Shown here: piece after piece, positions 1 through 9,905 of the stretch
Layout of the letters: each line of letters opens with the position of its first letter
Numbering within the stretch: position 1 is the first letter of the stretch
IMG/VR virus record: IMGVR_UViG_3300037634_004069
Coordinates: 14,763-78,762 of that record
Source: a virus
Taxonomy: Duplodnaviria; Caudoviricetes
Length of the DNA: 64,000 nucleotides
Reading direction: 5' to 3' (one strand)
Translations under genes and position numbers: made by a program
Notes under the pieces: model-generated
Databases searched by the model: none
What the model saw: only the letters and a program-made list of their open reading frames with translations
What the model was told of the DNA's origin: nothing

Positions 1-2
1 TT

Positions 3-3000
3 GCAAAAAGCGCTAAAGAAATATCAGACACTGTAGATCTCTCTGAAACATTTAACCTACCTGAAGATAGTATACCTTCAATAGATAGAGGGGAAGTAAA
101 AGAGCTTTTAAGTGGAACAGAGTTAGAGGGATTAGGTAGCCAAATAGCTCCTAACATAGCTGACTCTTTACAGGTGGCTAGACGATGGGCAGATGTTAAT
201 CCTGAAATAGCAGCTCAAATACCTGATGAAGTAATGTCAGAGCTTCTTTTAAGTGAAGAACTTATAGAGAATGGTGGAACAAAAACACTTGAAGAACTTG
301 CAGAGGAGTATTTGTCTGGGACAATTGCCCCTGCAGATAGTGTTCTTACACCCCCACCTCCTATAGGAGACTTTGAAATAGTACCTCCAGATACTACTGG
401 TTTTGGTCAAACAAATTTCTTTACAGAAGAAGAAAAAAATATAATTAGAGCAGGCCAAAGCACTCAAGAAGATGTTCCTTTACCAGAGCTTAGAATGGGG
501 GGACATTTACCTAAATATCAAAATGGTATTCCTAGCTATTATGATACTAGTGAGCAATTAAATAAAGAAATGCCTTGGAAAAAGTTAAATGCTTTTGATA
601 AGACAGATTTCTTTAGTCGAGATGAAAAAATTGATATGATGAATAATCCTAGTACTCCTAGGTATATATCAAGTGGGAATCCAGAAATAGAAAATAAACT
701 CTCTAACGTAGTAGCTCCAGGAGGAGTTGGTAGCCCTGGTGGAGCAGTTAACATGTATAGTTTAGACAAATACGAAAATCTTGGACTTGGAACACCTGAA
801 CGAAAAGCTGCTGTAGCAGAGTTAAACAAAAGAAGAGATGCGATGAATGCTAGAGCTTCACGCACATTTGAAAAAACTAAAAAATCTTTACCTAAAGAAC
901 AAAGAGCGTATCAAAATCTTATTCAAACAGATTTAGATATAGCTTTTCCACCTGGGTCTATACCTGAAACTCCACATTCTTCTACTTATAGACCTTCATA
1001 TAATCCATACGAAAGTTTACCTAAAAAGCAAACAGGAGGGTCTTTACCTAAATACCAAAATGGTACTAAAAAAACAAAAGAGCAAGAAAGAGGAGACTAT
1101 TATTTAGATCTTTTAGAAAGAACTGGTGGTGCAGGGGGATGGAAAAATCTTCATCAGAGGCCAGGATTTAAAATGACTTTGCCTGATTCTACTTGGTATG
1201 ATGTATTAAACAATAGATTTAATATTGCTAATGAACAAAAAATACAAGGTATAAATGATACTCTAGCTTATAATGCAAATGTAAGGAAACTTGAAACATT
1301 ATATTCAAATCCAGTTATCGTAGATGAGAAAGATCCTTTTGCAGGCTTTATAAGTTCTAGAATGGGTAATAGTACTCCGACAGTCCCCACTATAAAAGAA
1401 GCACACTCAATTGGAGCCGAGATTGATGCTGTTAAAGACAATATTTATGAAGGAAACGTACAAAACTCACACTCGGAAAACGTACCCCAATACTATATTC
1501 ATACAGATATGCCTTTTTATAGAAACCCAGGCTCTTCTGTTGAACATACTCCTACTTCTACATTTGATCTAGCTAAACAAGCTTGGAAAGGAGGAAAAAG
1601 TTGGGGTAATAATAAAGTTATATGGGGCAATCGTTATTCTCAAACTAAGGCCCCTATAATGAATCCTACATTATATGAGTTAGAAGTAGAAGCAAGTGAA
1701 CCAACCTCGTCTTCAAACACTTCAAACACTTCAAACACTTCAAATAAAAAAAATAAAGTAATTAGAAATGAAAAAACAGGAGAAACTTGGACGCAAGAAG
1801 AGTGGGATAAACTAAAAGGTAAAGGAGCTTTTAATAAAGCAGAAAAAAAAGCATCAAGTCTGAAATACGGAGGTGAATTACCTAAATACCAAGATGGTAC
1901 TGAAGGAACTGTAGTAGAAGCAAATCCTGAAAATCTTACTGCAGAAGGAGAGCAGATACTTGAACCTCTTTATTCTAAACCAGAGGTAGTTATAGAAGGT
2001 AAAAGACCAAATACTCTAAAAGGACAAGTTGGGAAGTTTTTACAAAATCCAAATCCTTTTGTTTCACCTGCAGTAGCAAGATATGCTGGAGACTACCAAA
2101 TTCACTCTCAAAACCCAGACCTAGTAAAAACATATGATAGAAGGGGATTCGATGCACTTCCACTAGCCACTATAAAAAGAAAACTAGGTAATTTTGATCC
2201 TAGTAAGATCTTATATAAAAATAGACAAGCAGCAGCAGTAGAAAGAGGTACTCGTAATAATATATATCGAGCTTCGAATGAAAAAAACAATCCTTTTACT
2301 CTTGATATATCTGGTCAAAACTTAGCTTATGCAAGGGCAGGAGAACAAGTAGAAGGAACAGCTATATTAGGTGGAGACTTTTTAGAAGATGAGCCTACAG
2401 CATTGCTTGCATCTGAGTATAGAAAACCAGGAGCACAAAGATTTGAAGGTCAAGGGAAAAAAATAGATATTAATCCAGAAGAACAAGAGTACTACGGAGT
2501 AGTAAATAATGAACTCAAAGTAGGTAAAATAAATGATTTCTCTGATAAAGATGTTATTGTACCTATTAGATGGGGAGGAGATTATGATCTATATGAGGAG
2601 GGGGAAGAGCCAGAATCTGTAACTACAAAACAATCTACACCTGGGGGTCATCGAAATTACGGGATACATTCCAACCCAAACCAAGGTAGTACTCGGAAAG
2701 TAACTACCCAACCAATGTTGACTAGCGACGGTAAGCCAGCATATACTAATTCTGCCAGTGGAAAAATGATACTTTATTCTCCTTCTTCAGGTCAAAAACG
2801 TTTTTTATTCGGATATGATAAAGATGGAATGCGTGAAGAATCTCAAAAATTTAAAAGAAAATATAAAGACGCTAGGTACATAACACTTGACACAGGAAGA
2901 TTTAATATGATAGCATCAAATAAAAAAGGTCTTACAGAAAAAGACTTTATAGACTATAGTTCAGGAGGTTTTGAAAATGAAATAGGGTCTGGTTATAATA

Positions 3001-3020
3001 TTATTTATAATCCTAAATAA
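3..3020 (+). CDS. 5'-truncated modular putative internal virion (cargo-like) protein with three GGxLPKYQxG motifs
   Basis: The frame of the 174..3020 ORF is open back to position 3 (AKSAKEISDTVDLSETF...), so the true start lies outside the window. Motifs at 492-527, 1032-1064 and 1863-1898. Lies directly upstream of the scaffold/MCP pair. Confidence 0.6.
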   Translation, partial: AKSAKEISDTVDLSETFNLPEDSIPSIDRGEVKELLSGTELEGLGSQIAPNIADSLQVARRWADVNPEIAAQIPDEVMSELLLSEELIENGGTKTLEELAEEYLSGTIAPADSVLTPPPPIGDFEIVPPDTTGFGQTNFFTEEEKNIIRAGQSTQEDVPLPELRMGGHLPKYQNGIPSYYDTSEQLNKEMPWKKLNAFDKTDFFSRDEKIDMMNNPSTPRYISSGNPEIENKLSNVVAPGGVGSPGGAVNMYSLDKYENLGLGTPERKAAVAELNKRRDAMNARASRTFEKTKKSLPKEQRAYQNLIQTDLDIAFPPGSIPETPHSSTYRPSYNPYESLPKKQTGGSLPKYQNGTKKTKEQERGDYYLDLLERTGGAGGWKNLHQRPGFKMTLPDSTWYDVLNNRFNIANEQKIQGINDTLAYNANVRKLETLYSNPVIVDEKDPFAGFISSRMGNSTPTVPTIKEAHSIGAEIDAVKDNIYEGNVQNSHSENVPQYYIHTDMPFYRNPGSSVEHTPTSTFDLAKQAWKGGKSWGNNKVIWGNRYSQTKAPIMNPTLYELEVEASEPTSSSNTSNTSNTSNKKNKVIRNEKTGETWTQEEWDKLKGKGAFNKAEKKASSLKYGGELPKYQDGTEGTVVEANPENLTAEGEQILEPLYSKPEVVIEGKRPNTLKGQVGKFLQNPNPFVSPAVARYAGDYQIHSQNPDLVKTYDRRGFDALPLATIKRKLGNFDPSKILYKNRQAAAVERGTRNNIYRASNEKNNPFTLDISGQNLAYARAGEQVEGTAILGGDFLEDEPTALLASEYRKPGAQRFEGQGKKIDINPEEQEYYGVVNNELKVGKINDFSDKDVIVPIRWGGDYDLYEEGEEPESVTTKQSTPGGHRNYGIHSNPNQGSTRKVTTQPMLTSDGKPAYTNSASGKMILYSPSSGQKRFLFGYDKDGMREESQKFKRKYKDARYITLDTGRFNMIASNKKGLTEKDFIDYSSGGFENEIGSGYNIIYNPK
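1711..1744 (+). repeat. Perfect 9-bp tandem repeat (cttcaaaca, about 3.8 copies) encoding an SNT-SNT-SNT linker
   Basis: Read directly from the sequence; in-frame low-complexity linker. Confidence 0.9.
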
Positions 3021-3089
3021 AATAAGTGACATAATATAAAAGCATCACGCGAAATCATATCAACATATTATATATTCAATTACACACTT

Positions 3090-3097
3090 TAAATTTG
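3090..3097 (+). promoter_or_regulatory. Bacteroidota-type -7 promoter box (TAAATTTG)
   Basis: Exact match to the TAnnTTTG consensus in the 82-bp intergenic gap, 5 nt upstream of the ATG at 3103. Confidence 0.45.
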
Positions 3098-3102
3098 TAT
3101 CC

Positions 3103-4182
3103 ATGGAAGGGAAAGAAACACCTGATAACGACGGTCTAGACATTGAGTTTGATATAGCATCTATTGAAGATACTGTAGAGGCTCCAGAAAAGACTGAAGA
3201 AACAGAAGAAACTACAGAAACAGTAGAGGCTAAAGAAGATCTAAAAGACATAGATAAACCTGAAACTTTAGAAGCTTCAGAGCCAGAGCCTGTAGTAGAA
3301 GAACCAGTTGCAGAAGAGACTAAGGAGGAAGATTCTTCTGTAGTGTCTGAAATAATTTCAAAACTGGGTTATGAAATAGACGGAGACTTTGAAGATTCTA
3401 CTGAAGGCATTGTAGAGCTTACTAAAAACGTAAGTGAAAAAATGGCTGAAGAAACTTTAGATACTATTTTCAATGCGCATCCATCTGTAAAAAGACATCT
3501 TGATTTTGTAATGAATGGTGGAGACGCCAATCAATTTATGGACGCTCAAAAAGAAACAGATTATGAATCTGTAGAAGTAAGAGAGGATGATAAAGCATCT
3601 CAAAAAAAGATTCTTACAGATTATTTTGTAGCACGAGGAGATGATAAAGCTTTTATTGGAGATATGATAGAAGCATATGAAGATAAAAATGCACTTTTTC
3701 AAAAAGCAAATCAAGCTAAAGAAGCTCTTGCCGGAGCACAGAAACAAAAGCAAGATAGAATGCTTGAAGAGCAACGTGCTTTTGCAGAAAAACAAAGAGA
3801 AGAATCTCAACAAATTTGGAATAGCGTAAAAGAAACTGTTAAGTCTTCTTCTAATCTTTCTGGATTACCTATTTCAGAAAGAGATAAATCTAAATTCATT
3901 TCTTATATATCAGATCCAGTTACCAAAGATGGTAGAACACAGAGAGATCTAGATACAGAGAAAATGAGTTTAGATCAAAAACTTGCTGCAGACTATTTCT
4001 TATATAAGAAGGACTTTGCAAAATTTATTAATACTAAAGGTAAAACTGAGGCGGCTAAATCATTAAAAAATCGTCTTAAATCCAATAGCACAGGGAAGGT
4101 GAAAGGAGGAAAGTCAAATCCAAATTATAAAGGGGGAGGAAACTCTCAGTTTGATGACTTGGATGTTGGCGGACTATTTTAA
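3103..4182 (+). CDS. Putative capsid scaffolding/assembly protein (conserved crAss-like gene preceding MCP)
   Basis: Very acidic N-terminus, helical/coiled-coil C-terminal half, position immediately upstream of MCP. Confidence 0.6.
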   Translation: MEGKETPDNDGLDIEFDIASIEDTVEAPEKTEETEETTETVEAKEDLKDIDKPETLEASEPEPVVEEPVAEETKEEDSSVVSEIISKLGYEIDGDFEDSTEGIVELTKNVSEKMAEETLDTIFNAHPSVKRHLDFVMNGGDANQFMDAQKETDYESVEVREDDKASQKKILTDYFVARGDDKAFIGDMIEAYEDKNALFQKANQAKEALAGAQKQKQDRMLEEQRAFAEKQREESQQIWNSVKETVKSSSNLSGLPISERDKSKFISYISDPVTKDGRTQRDLDTEKMSLDQKLAADYFLYKKDFAKFINTKGKTEAAKSLKNRLKSNSTGKVKGGKSNPNYKGGGNSQFDDLDVGGLF

Positions 4183-4209
4183 TAAGTAAAAACTATAAAT
4201 TAACAACAA

Positions 4210-5661
4210 ATGATTTCATCTAATATCGGAGGATCGAATATCTCAGTACAGAGGACGATCTACAATGATTCCCAAATGACAGACATGAACAGTCTGTCTA
4301 ATGCTATGTTGAACACACCAACAGAACTTTCACCTATTATTACTCACCTAGCTGGTAAGGACGACATGCGATTCCCTCTATCTTTTCTTTCTGAAGGAAT
4401 GGGTAACGCAAAGTCTATCGACAATCTAGAGTTCGAATATCGTATTCAGACTCGTAAATTGATGACTCGCCCTGTGCATACAACTAACGCTGGATCTAAC
4501 CTAGGTCAAGGAGGAGCTACTTTCGAGTTGGTATTCCCAGACAAATGGTTCGTATTCCCTTACGTTCTTGTAAACGGAGTAGGAGAGCAAGTTCGTATCA
4601 TGGAAGAGCCAGTTGAATCTATCAGTGGTGGTTCTTATGTATACAGAGTACAACTTGTAAACCCTGACAGTGCAGCAGTTCTTACTTCTGGATTTACAGC
4701 GGGAGACCTATGGGCTCAGTTGTTTGCACCTGTTGGAGTTGATTTCTCTCGTGGAAATGCTTCTAACTGGCAAGCACCAGGTAAAGTTCGTAACAAGCTT
4801 ACTACAATTCGTAAGTCTTACCACATGTCTGGTAACGCTAAAGATTATGTAGCTGAGTTTACTCTACCAAAGAAAGGTGGTTCTACTACTAAACTTTGGA
4901 TGGACTACGAAGAGTACCAACACATGCTTTCTTTTAAAGAAGAGTGTGAGATGTACTACTGGTACGGACAACGTACTTATGGTGCTGATGGTGTAGTAAA
5001 CATGAAAGACGAAAATGGTCAGCCAGTTGTTATCGGCCCAGGATTGCTTGAGCAGATTATCAACCAAGAGACTTATTCTAGTCTTACAGAGACTCACTTG
5101 AAAAACATCATTGGTGACCTTTTCTATGGTATGACTGATGCTAACAAAAAGCAAGTAAATCTTTATACTGGTACAGGAGGTATGCGTGAGTTCGATGAAG
5201 CTCTTAAAAATCACTTCGGTGGAAACACTTGGAAAGTAAGTGGAGAGACTCGATTCATCACTGGATCAGGACGTAACCTAGGACTTACAGGATACTTTAA
5301 ATCTTACGAGCATATTGATGGACATTCTGTGAATGTTATCAAATTGCCATTGTTCGATCATGGTCCTGTTGCTCGTGCACGTTCACTTCACCCAGTAACT
5401 GGATACTCTCTTGAATCTTACAGAATGGTATTTGTAGACCAGTCTTCTTACGACGGTGTATCAAACCTTCGAATGATCAACAAGAAAAATCGTGAATATT
5501 TGAGATGGTGTGTAGCCGGATCAGTAGTTCCACGAGGATTTGACGCTAATATGAGCAGAGCATCTGATGTAGATGGTGCTTCAGTTCACATGCTTAAAAC
5601 AGCAGGTATTTCACTTGGACGATTCGACACTAGCTTGGATCTTCAGTGTACTGCTAGCTAA
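4210..5661 (+). CDS. Major capsid protein, crAss-like
   Basis: 483 aa; resembles crAss-like MCPs (TD.NSL.NA..., FPLSFLSEG, YYWYG...GLLEQI, TG.GGM.EF, G.F..Y.H.DG); strong codon bias; A-rich start context; downstream hairpins. Confidence 0.88.
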   Translation: MISSNIGGSNISVQRTIYNDSQMTDMNSLSNAMLNTPTELSPIITHLAGKDDMRFPLSFLSEGMGNAKSIDNLEFEYRIQTRKLMTRPVHTTNAGSNLGQGGATFELVFPDKWFVFPYVLVNGVGEQVRIMEEPVESISGGSYVYRVQLVNPDSAAVLTSGFTAGDLWAQLFAPVGVDFSRGNASNWQAPGKVRNKLTTIRKSYHMSGNAKDYVAEFTLPKKGGSTTKLWMDYEEYQHMLSFKEECEMYYWYGQRTYGADGVVNMKDENGQPVVIGPGLLEQIINQETYSSLTETHLKNIIGDLFYGMTDANKKQVNLYTGTGGMREFDEALKNHFGGNTWKVSGETRFITGSGRNLGLTGYFKSYEHIDGHSVNVIKLPLFDHGPVARARSLHPVTGYSLESYRMVFVDQSSYDGVSNLRMINKKNREYLRWCVAGSVVPRGFDANMSRASDVDGASVHMLKTAGISLGRFDTSLDLQCTAS

Positions 5662-5677
5662 TAGCATATAAAACTCC

Positions 5678-5745
5678 GCAGGGTGGGCTTTCGGGCTCAC
5701 TCTGCCCCTTCCCGGGGGTAGTTATTCTTTTTAACCCAGGGAATT
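5678..5745 (+). terminator. Two tandem GC-rich hairpins after MCP (terminator or mRNA-stabilising element)
   Basis: gcagggtgggc-t-[ttcg]-g-gctcactctgc (5678-5705) is a 12-bp stem with G:U pairs and a UUCG loop. A weaker ttccc...gggaa stem (5709-5743) follows, then tttt. Confidence 0.6.
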
Positions 5746-5770
5746 TTAATTATAAATCTGGAAAGAACCT

Positions 5771-6670
5771 ATGACAACAAAAGCAAAGGCAAAATCTGCC
5801 ACAAAAAAATCGGAAGAAACGGTAACCGAAAAAAAATCACCGGTAAGGGAAGTAGAATACGGAACTCATAAAGTTTATCTCCGTAGACGTCCAATTTTAA
5901 ATCATCTACCTAAAGAAGTAAGAGCCGAAGCAGTATCAAAACTGTCTAGCGTTTTTGTAAATAGACAACCTTTAAAAGGTTTGTCAGGCGCAGATGAAAA
6001 AAAATATTTAGCAGGAGTTCTAGATGTAGACCCTGATGATAGAGATTGGTCTAAATATGTTCGACGATTCTGGGCAGAACTACGAATTGCAGTAGGATTT
6101 TCTGGTAAAGAATTGGAAATAGGAACAGATGAAGACGGATCCCCACTAAACCTTCTTGATTTTATACACTATAGTTTTGCAAAAAAACATTCTTTGGTAG
6201 CAGACTCCGAAGCAGAAATGCTAAAAGACCCTAGAAAAAGGTTCTTTATTATGGATCCTAGAAAAGAAGTTAAAACTAAAAACAACTCTGTTCAAACAGC
6301 TAAACGTGCAGACAGAGAGTTTATAAAAGCAACAGAAGATCTTGAACGTATGAGAAATCTTTTACAGGTTTTAGGTACGGTTAAAGTAGAGAATTTTGAT
6401 ACAGAGAGCATTGAAAACATGCTTTATGATATCAAACAATCTACCCCTAAGAAATTCTTAGAGGCTGCTTTAGATGAAAATCTAGATATAAGAGCAGAAA
6501 TAGCATCTTTTCTTTCTTCAAGTACTATTCAAAAAATGGGGACGACTTTAGTTCACATGAATGATACTATTGCAAATAGTGAGGAAGAAGCTATTATATT
6601 CTTTAAGAATCCAAAAAATTCAGGTCTCTTAAATATTTTAAGGTCCAAACACCGTGAAGCCATTCGATGA
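5771..6670 (+). CDS. Conserved crAss-like protein downstream of MCP, function unknown
   Basis: 299-aa ORF; synteny; ATGA overlap with the next gene. Confidence 0.6.
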   Translation: MTTKAKAKSATKKSEETVTEKKSPVREVEYGTHKVYLRRRPILNHLPKEVRAEAVSKLSSVFVNRQPLKGLSGADEKKYLAGVLDVDPDDRDWSKYVRRFWAELRIAVGFSGKELEIGTDEDGSPLNLLDFIHYSFAKKHSLVADSEAEMLKDPRKRFFIMDPRKEVKTKNNSVQTAKRADREFIKATEDLERMRNLLQVLGTVKVENFDTESIENMLYDIKQSTPKKFLEAALDENLDIRAEIASFLSSSTIQKMGTTLVHMNDTIANSEEEAIIFFKNPKNSGLLNILRSKHREAIR

Positions 6671-7815
6671 ACGTACTTGAAATGCACATAGCCTTAAAGC
6701 AAGGCGTAGATAAGATGCACTCTGAAAGAAGTGATCAACTTCGAACAGAGGAAATTGATATTGAGCTTAACAAGGCTATGATGCGTTTTATTAATCAGAG
6801 GTACGGGAGAAACAATATCTATAAAAAGGGATTCGAAGAAAGTCAAAAAAGAATTGATGAACTTCGGTCCCTTATTGTAGAATACTCTGATATAGTAAAC
6901 TTTAAAGAAGAGATTATAAATGGTAAAATCTGGGCAGATTCTTTTGAGTTTCCTTCAGATTACATGTACCTAGTAAATCAAAGGTCTACTGTTCATTTAA
7001 ATAATTGTAAACCTTTAGAGCCAAATTCAGTTACACAAGAAACTTTGCCAAGCATATACTATTTTGTATTTAGTCTTGAACAATTCTTTGTACAAAACAA
7101 TGAATTTCTTGATGAAATAAGACTTGTTAATCCGGTTACAAATCAAAGTGAATTGGTATGGGAACCTTCTCCAGAGCTTATTGCTTCAGGATACACCCCA
7201 AATTCTTACCCGCAAAATGTTAATGCTGTAGTAAATGACATGTTTGAACATGTGCAACTAGGATTTTCTATACATTGGCAGTCATACGGGCCTTTAACAT
7301 TTCCAAGTCAGTTTATAGTTGTTGTAGATCCAGAAGTACACCCTTGGTTTCAATGGGATGCTTCTTTAGGTGATATAACTCCTCTATATGCAAATGATTC
7401 TACTGGAACCATGATAAATGAGATAGCTCCTAGAGTAGATGATAGGAGTGGTCAAGTAAGAAGGATACCTACGGTAGATACTACAAAAACTCAAGTGTTT
7501 AATAAGTTCTCACAATTAGATGATGTATACCGTCTTTTAGATGATCCTTTTAACACTACTACAGAAAATTCTCCTCTTACAACTATTAGAGATAACTATA
7601 TAGATATCTACACAAGTGCTATATTTATAATAGATAGTGTAAAAATTACCTACATTAGAAAACCTTTACCTATATCATTACCTTTGGGATATAATTGCGA
7701 GCTACCAGAGCACACACATCAAGAAATAATTGCAATGGCAGTCTCCTCAATATTAGAACAACTTAGTGATCCCAGATATAAAACGCAAATGGGGGAGCTT
7801 ATGAATCGCGAATAA
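6667..7815 (+). CDS. Tail ring / head-tail connector protein, crAss-like
   Basis: N-terminal MH...DK...EID..LN.A..RFI.QRY.....GFEESQKRID.L and C-terminal Y.R.P...CELP.HTH.EI..MAV pattern; synteny. Confidence 0.65.
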   Translation: MNVLEMHIALKQGVDKMHSERSDQLRTEEIDIELNKAMMRFINQRYGRNNIYKKGFEESQKRIDELRSLIVEYSDIVNFKEEIINGKIWADSFEFPSDYMYLVNQRSTVHLNNCKPLEPNSVTQETLPSIYYFVFSLEQFFVQNNEFLDEIRLVNPVTNQSELVWEPSPELIASGYTPNSYPQNVNAVVNDMFEHVQLGFSIHWQSYGPLTFPSQFIVVVDPEVHPWFQWDASLGDITPLYANDSTGTMINEIAPRVDDRSGQVRRIPTVDTTKTQVFNKFSQLDDVYRLLDDPFNTTTENSPLTTIRDNYIDIYTSAIFIIDSVKITYIRKPLPISLPLGYNCELPEHTHQEIIAMAVSSILEQLSDPRYKTQMGELMNRE

Positions 7816-7834
7816 TAATTAAAAATTTAAAATC

Positions 7835-8812
7835 ATGCGACAACTATTAGTATCTAGCGCAGCCACTCCAACTGTTTCAAATGGATTGTACCCTTCGGGA
7901 TCTGTAGCTATTGAAAAAATGGATCTTAGTAATCCAGCTCAAAACTCGACTGCTCTAGCAGCGGGAGAATTTTACCCAGATGCACCAAAAATTCGTTTTG
8001 TACAAGGTACAGGAACAACATCTGGAACAAACAAAAATATTTCAACTCCATGGATTGATGGTAGAGATATCGTTGCTTGGAAAGGCGAAAGCTTTGTAGA
8101 TCAAGTAGCTCAATCTGTAGTTCACACTGTAACAACTGTTCCTACAGCAGCTGGAGAAATCTCTGTAAAACTTACAGACTTCGGTGTAGGACAAGCACAA
8201 TTTGAAAGAAAAGGAGCAACTATCAGTGTTTCAGCTAGTGAAGCTGTTGCTACTGTAGCTCTAAAGCTTGTAAAAGATCTTCTTTCTTGGGTGGGTGCTA
8301 GTGATCCTTCTACAGGTACATACTATGCTATTCCAGGAATGAAAAATATGGAGCTTCAGTATACTGGTGCTGCTATCACTTTCAGAGGTAAGACATTCTC
8401 TCTTACTAACAACACTGATATGGCAAGATTCAAAGTTTCTTCTGAAGGAATGGACGGATCTAATGGAACTACTTTCCCTGCAACTAGCCCACAGGATCCA
8501 GTTATTGGATACGGAAACGCAGAGCTTCTTGCACAGTACGAAGAAAGTCTTCAAGGAGACCGATCTTTTTACAACCGAGTTCGACAGCCAAACACTCCAA
8601 CTGCTTTTATCGACAGAGCTACTCCAACTGAGTATGATGTTTATAGCCTTGTTTATAGAAACGGAGCTGCTGGTCAAATTAATGGTGTAGATAATCTACG
8701 TAACATTACTATTGCATTTAGACAAGGACAAGCCGAAGGAGCTGTTTTTGAAGGTTTGATCAATGGCTGGATAGCTACTACTCCAGGAGCTTTTGGACCA
8801 GTTGCACTTTAA
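7835..8812 (+). CDS. Putative auxiliary capsid (decoration) protein
   Basis: Ala/Thr/Gly-rich beta-type composition, MCP-like codon bias, position matching the auxiliary capsid gene of crAss-like phages. Confidence 0.5.
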   Translation: MRQLLVSSAATPTVSNGLYPSGSVAIEKMDLSNPAQNSTALAAGEFYPDAPKIRFVQGTGTTSGTNKNISTPWIDGRDIVAWKGESFVDQVAQSVVHTVTTVPTAAGEISVKLTDFGVGQAQFERKGATISVSASEAVATVALKLVKDLLSWVGASDPSTGTYYAIPGMKNMELQYTGAAITFRGKTFSLTNNTDMARFKVSSEGMDGSNGTTFPATSPQDPVIGYGNAELLAQYEESLQGDRSFYNRVRQPNTPTAFIDRATPTEYDVYSLVYRNGAAGQINGVDNLRNITIAFRQGQAEGAVFEGLINGWIATTPGAFGPVAL

Positions 8813-8837
8813 TATTAATTGATAAAAATTAGAAACT

Positions 8838-9329
8838 ATGTCTAAAAATCCACGTTTTAATAAATTCGTAGCACAAGCTACATGGGATATAGGTAAATCT
8901 GGCACACTAACTGCTGGAGCCGCTTCCCACTCTGCATCTTCAGGATCTGTTTACATTCCTGATGGAGCACTTATCACTAAAGCATACTACCACGTAGAAA
9001 CTACTGTGGGAGATGATGGTGACGATTCTACAACTCTAGCTCTAGGTTATACTGGTGCTACAGGAGCATTCGTTGCTGCAATTGCTATCAGTGATGCTTC
9101 TAATGTATATGATGCAGGTACTCATGGTACTCTAGTAGGAATGGGCGCAGCACTTGGTGCTGATGCAGCTCATGACACTGCACTTGAAGTTATTGCTTTG
9201 AATGCAGCTACTATGATTGCACTTACAGATCGTAAAGAACTTCTTCTTACAAAAGCAAATGACCACGCTATCGATGCTGGTAAATTGCACTTGTTTGTAG
9301 AATATGTTCAGACTCCTGACTTGGCATAA
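8838..9329 (+). CDS. Small virion structural protein (decoration-like)
   Basis: IP.GA.I..AYY.V.T...TLALG pattern common in phage structural proteins; followed by a strong terminator. Confidence 0.45.
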   Translation: MSKNPRFNKFVAQATWDIGKSGTLTAGAASHSASSGSVYIPDGALITKAYYHVETTVGDDGDDSTTLALGYTGATGAFVAAIAISDASNVYDAGTHGTLVGMGAALGADAAHDTALEVIALNAATMIALTDRKELLLTKANDHAIDAGKLHLFVEYVQTPDLA

Positions 9330-9355
9330 GTCAGAGTAATTGATTAACTTTAGAG

Positions 9356-9388
9356 ACCGGAGGGGGAAGTGTCCTCCTCCGGTTTTTT
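9356..9388 (+). terminator. Rho-independent terminator
   Basis: accggaggggga-[agtg]-tcctcctccggt is a 12-bp stem with one G:U, followed by a T run. Confidence 0.9.
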
Positions 9389-9404
9389 ATTTAAAATAAA
9401 CGGT

Positions 9405-9905
9405 ATGAGTGCAAATGCAACTATTACAGGGGACTGTAAATACATAAGCCTTGTTCTTAGCGGGGCTCAAGGTGCGGCTTCAGTTTTAATATCAAACGGA
9501 GGAATTTCGCACAGTTTTAATGTTACTTTACCTGCAAACGAAGCTGCATATCATACTGTAGTAAGCCTAGAAGCTGTTTCATTATCTTCTGATGGTATTT
9601 TTGAAATAACAGTAACTGATAGCGCCGGCACAATTCATGAAGCAGGCACATTTGGAAAGTGCTCTCTTAACTGCTGTATAGCTAAGAAAGTAGATTCTCT
9701 TTTAGGCTGTGATTGTGATTGTAAGAAGTGTGATGCTAAACTTATAACTGCAGAAAGAGTCTTACTCTTAATTACGGGTATAGAAACAGATCTGGCTCAA
9801 TTAGGAGAAGATAGCTCTGTTAATGCAGGGTTATTTGAAAATGCAAAGAAAAAATACAATAAAGCTCTCGAACTTTGTTCTGATAGCTGTGGATGTAGCT
9901 GCTAA
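9405..9905 (+). CDS. Cys-rich putative tail hub/fibre-docking protein
   Basis: The track's GTG start at 9369 lies inside the terminator loop, so ATG 9405 is preferred. C-terminal CC..K...CDCDCKKC...Y.KALELC...CGCSC. Confidence 0.5.
   Translation: MSANATITGDCKYISLVLSGAQGAASVLISNGGISHSFNVTLPANEAAYHTVVSLEAVSLSSDGIFEITVTDSAGTIHEAGTFGKCSLNCCIAKKVDSLLGCDCDCKKCDAKLITAERVLLLITGIETDLAQLGEDSSVNAGLFENAKKKYNKALELCSDSCGCSC

Noticed and set aside
174-176. GTG start given by the ORF track for the first ORF
   Set aside because: The frame is open to the window edge, so the real start is upstream.
9369-9404. GTG start for the Cys-rich gene
   Set aside because: It lies within the terminator hairpin; ATG 9405 has an A-rich context.
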